Below, piece after piece: positions 59,564-64,000 of a stretch of DNA of 64,000 bases (the first letter of the stretch is position 1; the number at the start of each line of letters is the position of its first letter). The notes beneath the pieces are model-generated. The model made no database searches. It saw nothing but the letters and a program-made list of their open reading frames with translations, and had not been told where the DNA came from. Source of the DNA: Acidimicrobiales bacterium (GTDB taxonomy: Bacteria > Actinomycetota > Acidimicrobiia > Acidimicrobiales > CATQHL01); the NCBI GenBank assembly GCA_965204655.1, contig OZ241998.1:224464-288463 (forward strand). The letters run 5' to 3'. The translations under genes were made by a program, and so were the position numbers.

Positions 59564-61184
59564 CTAGAATGCTTTGAGTTGTTTGGAGTCCTCTTGCCCG
59601 GTGAGTGGGTTTACCATTGGGGGCACTTTGGCTGGGCGATTGTCAAAGTACAGGTCGATAGACCAGAGTTGGAGGCGCGGGTAGTCCATTGCGCCGATTT
59701 TGAGATCGGCCATGCCTAGCGCAACTTTTTTAGCCGTGGGGCTTGAAAATGGTTCCAGAGTGATGAAGATACCTGCTGCCGCCTCTTGGTCTTCTATCTC
59801 CCTAGCGAAAGCTTTTACTTGATCAACGTTTGGGACGCCACCCTTCACCTGAGCAAGTAAGAGGGTTGAATCATGATTATCAGGGGTAGTGACAAGGTGC
59901 CCCCTGCCATCTATTCCACCGTCTGCAACTTGTCGGTCGTTTGGCGCGAGGCCGGGGATTCTTGTTATCGCCCATTTTTCAAAGTCAAATGGACGATCTT
60001 TGGCTAAGCGACGGGCTGCGGCGAGATTGACAGGGATGCCGTGAATTGGGAATTCAACACCGGGAAATCTCTCCTTGCGAATAACATCGATAGCAAGAGG
60101 CGAAATGTCAATCCCAACCCAGTCCAGACTTAAATTTCTTGCTGCTTCTATAGTTGTTCCGCAACCACAAAATGGATCTAAGACCAGATTTCCTCTGGCG
60201 GAAGAAGCTTTGATGATTCTTTCAAGCAGCGCGACGGGTTTCTGAGTGGGGTAATCAAGGCTCTCATTATCATTTGTTAAATTGTTTATATCAGTCCATA
60301 AATTTCCAAGTGGCTTGCCCTTGTAGTCTCTTGCATATGACTTCCTCAATGGACGCTTGCCATCTCTCCAGATAATCTCGCCCTTATTGTCCATTTCAAT
60401 CAGCTTTTCTTTTGACACTCGCCATCCCGAGGGATGAGGATTGCTCACCCCCTTGTATTCGTAGCACAAGTTTGGCCGTGCCCCCATTGACGGCTGACGA
60501 AAAAGCGGAGTACCTGTGTTATATCGGCCTCTAGAGTCTTCTTCAGGAAATTTTACCTTCATTTCTTCTTCTGAGAGAATTCTGTATATTCCATTGAACT
60601 GCGATTTCGCAGACTTGCCGTAGAACAGGATGATGTCACAGTCATTTCCGAATGTCTTTGGAGCGTGCTGGCTTCCCTTTGCTCTGCCTGCTGCTCGCTG
60701 CCAGGTGATCTCATTGCGGAATTGCTTCGCTCCGAACACGGCGTCCATTACCGCTTTGAGGTAGTGAGAGGCTGTCGGGTCGCAGTGGAGATAGATGCTG
60801 CCTGTACCTTTTAGTACCCTGTGGCATTCTGCGAGGCGCTCTGCCATGTACGACAGGTATGCCAGCATTCCTGTCTCCCCAAGGGCTATATGTAGCCCCT
60901 AATAACATCGTGAGCAGGGTGGCTCACGGCTTTGCTCAAGCTTTCGACTCTTTGAATGGCTGCTTCGTCCCACTTCCATGTATCGGTGAAAGCTTGTGTT
61001 TGGGCCGTTTTGTCACCCCTGTTACCGAAGAGAATGTTGTAGTTGGCGTTTGAGTTAAAGGGTGGGTCTAGATAGATGAGGTCTACACTCTCAGATTCCC
61101 ACTGCCTTTGGATATCTAAGCAATCTCCGTAGTAAAGACTGTTTCTAGCGGGGAGAGATCCGGGGGGGGGGGGGGGGGGGGCAT
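59564..61184 (-). pseudogene. Beta-class (N4/N6, DPPF...DPFCGCGTT) DNA methyltransferase, companion of the RM fusion. Disrupted as assembled: ATG followed by a C20/G20 tract that is out of frame, an N-terminal fragment (61160-60886) containing LYYGDCL...DLIYLDPPFN, a frameshift at about 60870-60900, and then the main ORF 60868-59564.
   Basis: N-fragment frame gives NSLYYGDCLDIQRQWESESVDLIYLDPPFNSNANYNILFG... and ends in TAG at 60886-60888. The main ORF carries RVLKGTGSIYLH and motif I LDPFCGCGTTIEAA. Eco57I-type systems have a separate MTase of about 540 aa. Confidence 0.6.
61162..61181. repeat. G20 (C20 on the coding strand) homopolymeric tract immediately after the ATG of the beta-MTase. 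Candidate slipped-strand phase-variation switch.
   Basis: Counted 20 consecutive G at 61162-61181, followed by CAT (ATG on the minus strand) at 61182-61184. Confidence 0.8.
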
Positions 61185-61221
61185 TAGATTAGAGACTAGA
61201 TGAAAGCTAGTACTCTTGCGG

Positions 61222-61259
61222 GAATTAAATCGCGCGACTGCAACAATTAAATCGCGCGA
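61222..61259. promoter_or_regulatory. Two exact 16-bp direct repeats (AATTAAATCGCGCGAC) spaced 22 bp apart, 40-75 bp upstream of the beta-MTase ATG. Candidate regulator binding site.
   Basis: Exact repeat at 61222-61237 and 61244-61259, separated by TGCAAC. Lies in the presumed promoter region of the minus-strand MTase. Confidence 0.4.
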
Positions 61260-61466
61260 CAGACCAATTCGTGTGTTGGGGTAGAAATAAAAGGGGGACT
61301 ATACAAATGGCTGCGGTAGCGCCTGGTGTCTTAGACGGGTTCTTGGGGAGGGTGTGTGGTTAACTGGCGGAGAGTTCTGGGAATTCTTCCGTTTTCAAGT
61401 CTGCGATGGTTTGCGGGTGTGCTGAGCCGGACGTGGACGCCCCTGCGACGGGCGGGCGGTGGCGCC

Positions 61467-62735
61467 TCAGCGGTCCTGGATTTTGATGTAATCGCGCTTG
61501 GGGTGACCTACGTAGAGTTGGCGCGGGCGCGCTATGCGGGAGTTCCGCTCCATCATCTCGTTCCAGTGCGCCAGCCAGCCCGAAGTGCGCGGGATAGCAA
61601 ATAGCACGGTGAACATGGTGGTGGGGAAGTTGAGGGCTTGATAGATGAGCCCGGAGTAGAAGTCCACGTTGGGATACAGACGGCGGCTCACGAAGTAGTC
61701 GTCGGCCAAGGCCACTTCCTCAAGCTTGAGGGCGATGTCCAGCAGCGGGTTCTTGCCAACGTGAGCGAAGACGTCGTCTGCGGCCTCCTTGATGATCTTG
61801 GCCCTCGGGTCGTAGTTTTTGTAGACCCTGTGGCCGAAACCCATGAGGCGGGTCTTCCCGCTCTTGACGTCGGAAATGAAGCCGTCCACGTTCTCGAATG
61901 AGCCGATTTCGTTCAGCATCTTCAGCACGGCTTCGTTCGCTCCGCCGTGACGAGGGCCGTACAGCGCCGCACAAGCTGCAGCCACCACCGAGTAGGGGTC
62001 GGCGTGCGAACTCCCCACCACTCTTGCTGTGGTGGTTGAGCAGTTCTGGCTGTGATCGGCGTGCAGGATGAACAAAATATCGAGCGCGCGGCTTATCGCC
62101 GGGTGGCATTCGTAGCGCGGTTCAGCTACACGGAAAATCATAGAAAGGAAGTTCGTGGCGAAGTCCAGATCGTTGTCGGGATAGACGAAAGGCATCCCGA
62201 TAGAGAAGCGGTGGGCGGCGGCGACCATCGTCGGCACTTTGGCGATGAGCCGCACTATCTGGTTTCTCCTGATTTCCGGGTCGTCTACCTGCTTGGCCTC
62301 GGGGTAGAAAGCAGACAGCGCCGCAATTGAGGAGATGAGCATCCCCATCGTGTGAGCGTCGTATCTGAAGGCCTCAATAAAGCGCTTGAGGAAGTTCTCG
62401 TGGATATAGGTGTGGAGGGTGATTTCTTCTTGCCAGGCTTCGTATTCCTGCTTGTTGGGGAGATCACCGTTAAGAAGGAGGTAAGCCACCTCTAGATAGG
62501 TGGAGCGCTCCGCGAGTTGTTCGATGGGGTAACCCCGATAACGCAGGATTCCTTCGCTCCCTACTATCTCAGTGATTGCGCTTTTTCCTATGGAGGTATG
62601 GCTGAAGGACTCGTCAGAGAACCAGATGCCGCCTAGGAGTTTCGCCCACTCTTTGGATTCCACGCCACCGTTTTGGATCGGAATTTCCACGGAACGGCCG
62701 TTCCTGTTGTCTGTGATGGTGATGGACTCGGTCAA
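61467..62735 (-). CDS. gltA: Citrate synthase (type II, hexameric-type)
   Basis: LHADHSQN...GHRVYK..DPR motifs. 422 aa. Confidence 0.9.
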   Translation of the reverse strand: MTESITITDNRNGRSVEIPIQNGGVESKEWAKLLGGIWFSDESFSHTSIGKSAITEIVGSEGILRYRGYPIEQLAERSTYLEVAYLLLNGDLPNKQEYEAWQEEITLHTYIHENFLKRFIEAFRYDAHTMGMLISSIAALSAFYPEAKQVDDPEIRRNQIVRLIAKVPTMVAAAHRFSIGMPFVYPDNDLDFATNFLSMIFRVAEPRYECHPAISRALDILFILHADHSQNCSTTTARVVGSSHADPYSVVAAACAALYGPRHGGANEAVLKMLNEIGSFENVDGFISDVKSGKTRLMGFGHRVYKNYDPRAKIIKEAADDVFAHVGKNPLLDIALKLEEVALADDYFVSRRLYPNVDFYSGLIYQALNFPTTMFTVLFAIPRTSGWLAHWNEMMERNSRIARPRQLYVGHPKRDYIKIQDR

Positions 62736-62868
62736 GAATCCTCCTGCTTCTTCGGCTGGCCTGCTTCAGCCTCGTTGTTGGAGACTTCGACTTGAACTAC
62801 GTTCATCCAAGTCAGACAGATACTAGTCGCGACTAGCGGATGGGAATTGGAACGATGAGACATTGGAA

Positions 62869-64000
62869 CTACAGAGGAATGTTCTCGTGGCGGCTCGTGG
62901 GGACGTCCTCCCGTTTAGTGCTCAGCACCTCGAGCGATTCTGCGACGACTCTGCGTGTCTGCGACGGGTCGATGACAGCGTCGATCGAGCCGCGTTCCAC
63001 CGCTCTGTAGGGGTTCAGCAGGTGCTCCGTGTATTCGTCTTCCAGGCTCTGTCGGTCTTCCTCTGCGACGCTGCGGTGCAAAATCTCCACCGCCCCCTTG
63101 GCTCCCATGACCGCAATCTCGGCGGTCGGCCACGCATATGCCAGGTCGTTGCCCATCTGCTTGGAATCCATCACGATGTAGGCCCCTCCGTAGGACTTTC
63201 TCAGAGTCACGCAGACGCGGGGCACAGTGGCGCGCGCATAGGCAAACGCCAACTGAGCACCGTGACGGATCATGCCCCTCCACTCCAGGTCCTTCCCAGG
63301 CTGGAAGCCCGGGGTGTCTACGAAGGTGACGATGGGCAGGTTGAAGGCGTCGCAGAAACACACGAAACGAGCCCCTTTCTGCGAGGCGGCGATGTCGAGC
63401 GTTCCGGCCAGCGACTGGGGCTGGTTGGCCACCATCCCCACAGTCCATCCGTCGATCCGGGCCAGAGCGGTCACCAGGTTTGACGCCCACCCGCCTCGTA
63501 CCTCAAGCAGTGTGTGTGGGTCGGCTACCTCTTCTAGGATCCTTCGCACGTCGTAGCTTCCGGTCGGAGAGTCCGGCACCTTCTCGGCGATGTTCGGCGT
63601 GTCCCAGTCATGATTTTCCCCCTCGCCCTCGTAATATCGCTGCGGCAACTCGTCCACGTGGGATGGAAGCAGCCGCAAGAGACTTTCAACGGCGGCCTTG
63701 GCAGCGTCAAGATCCGCTACCAAGAGCGAGGCGACCCCGCTGCTTGCGGCGTGAACGTCCGAACCCCCGAGACGATCCACCTCTATCTCCACGCCTGTGA
63801 ACAATTTCACCATCCCCGGCCCGCTTACAAAGGCATAGCTCTCCTCAACCATGATCACGAAGTCGGCCAGCCCCAGCAGCAGAGCGGGACCTGAAACCGC
63901 TGGACCTTCAACGCACATGATCACCGGCACCACGCCAGAGCACTTCACCAGCGATCTGGCAGCCAGCCCCCAGCCGTGCACGGCGGTGACGCCTTCGCCG
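62869..64000 (-). CDS. Acyl-CoA carboxylase carboxyltransferase beta subunit (PccB/AccD-like). The N-terminus lies beyond the window end.
   Basis: Carboxyltransferase domain blocks (VIMVEESYAFVSGPGMV, GGAYIVM). The ORF runs to the window edge. Confidence 0.8.
   Translation of the reverse strand, partial: GEGVTAVHGWGLAARSLVKCSGVVPVIMCVEGPAVSGPALLLGLADFVIMVEESYAFVSGPGMVKLFTGVEIEVDRLGGSDVHAASSGVASLLVADLDAAKAAVESLLRLLPSHVDELPQRYYEGEGENHDWDTPNIAEKVPDSPTGSYDVRRILEEVADPHTLLEVRGGWASNLVTALARIDGWTVGMVANQPQSLAGTLDIAASQKGARFVCFCDAFNLPIVTFVDTPGFQPGKDLEWRGMIRHGAQLAFAYARATVPRVCVTLRKSYGGAYIVMDSKQMGNDLAYAWPTAEIAVMGAKGAVEILHRSVAEEDRQSLEDEYTEHLLNPYRAVERGSIDAVIDPSQTRRVVAESLEVLSTKREDVPTSRHENIPL

Noticed and set aside
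1-64000. CRISPR arrays, IS elements or transposases, integrases
   Set aside because: No regularly spaced repeats of 24-48 bp and no transposase- or integrase-like ORFs were seen. The only repeats are short tandem duplications and the 16-bp pair near the MTase.

Overview
This 64 kb window is high-GC chromosomal DNA (roughly 65-70% GC). Its gene content and local synteny resemble Actinomycetota. The clues are dapF-hflX, dapD-dapE, gpgS/lgt/metX, comEA-comEC-holA-rpsT(-)-lepA-hrcA-dnaJ, and a radical-SAM/DUF2344 pair next to an RNase E/G-family gene with rplU-rpmA-obg-proB. Unlike Mycobacteriales, it also carries a complete mreB-mreC-mreD-pbp2-rodA rod module. Most of the window is housekeeping. 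This includes nrdJ (B12-dependent class II RNR with a C-terminal Cys4 ribbon), polA, murJ, proA/proB, a flotillin/NfeD pair, a MoxR-VWA pair, and a tRNA-Gly(GCC)/Cys(GCA)/Val(GAC) cluster.

Two accessory regions have lower GC.

(1) A 3.4 kb insertion lies directly 3' of tRNA-Val, between the tRNA cluster and mreB (about 13.19-16.56 kb). It encodes a TM2-domain membrane protein, an OLD-family ABC-ATPase+TOPRIM nuclease-like protein, and a DUF45/YgjP-like HExxH zinc hydrolase. I consider it a candidate uncharacterised anti-phage module.

(2) An island lies between dnaJ and gltA (about 54.6-61.47 kb). It carries a 1004-aa Eco57I-like nuclease+gamma-class N6-adenine-methyltransferase fusion. Its PD-x13-E-x-K motif is altered to PD-x13-E-T-E. 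It appears to be co-transcribed with a membrane-anchored kinase-fold protein that lacks HRD/DFG and is probably a pseudokinase. A companion beta-class DNA methyltransferase starts with ATG followed by a G/C20 homopolymer. As assembled, the tract is out of frame; 18 or 21 bases would restore it, which fits phase variation or a homopolymer read error. The gene is also split by a second frameshift. A 16-bp direct repeat pair sits in its promoter region. The island is flanked by AT-rich spacers, including one with a small ORF.

I also see a probable SAM-riboswitch-like leader (SAM-I/IV core) upstream of metX with an SD-sequestering hairpin and a GTG start. Two further candidates are a possible NrdR box upstream of nrdJ and AT-rich spacers of about 63-85 bp in otherwise GC-rich DNA. 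I found no CRISPR array, integrase or transposase.
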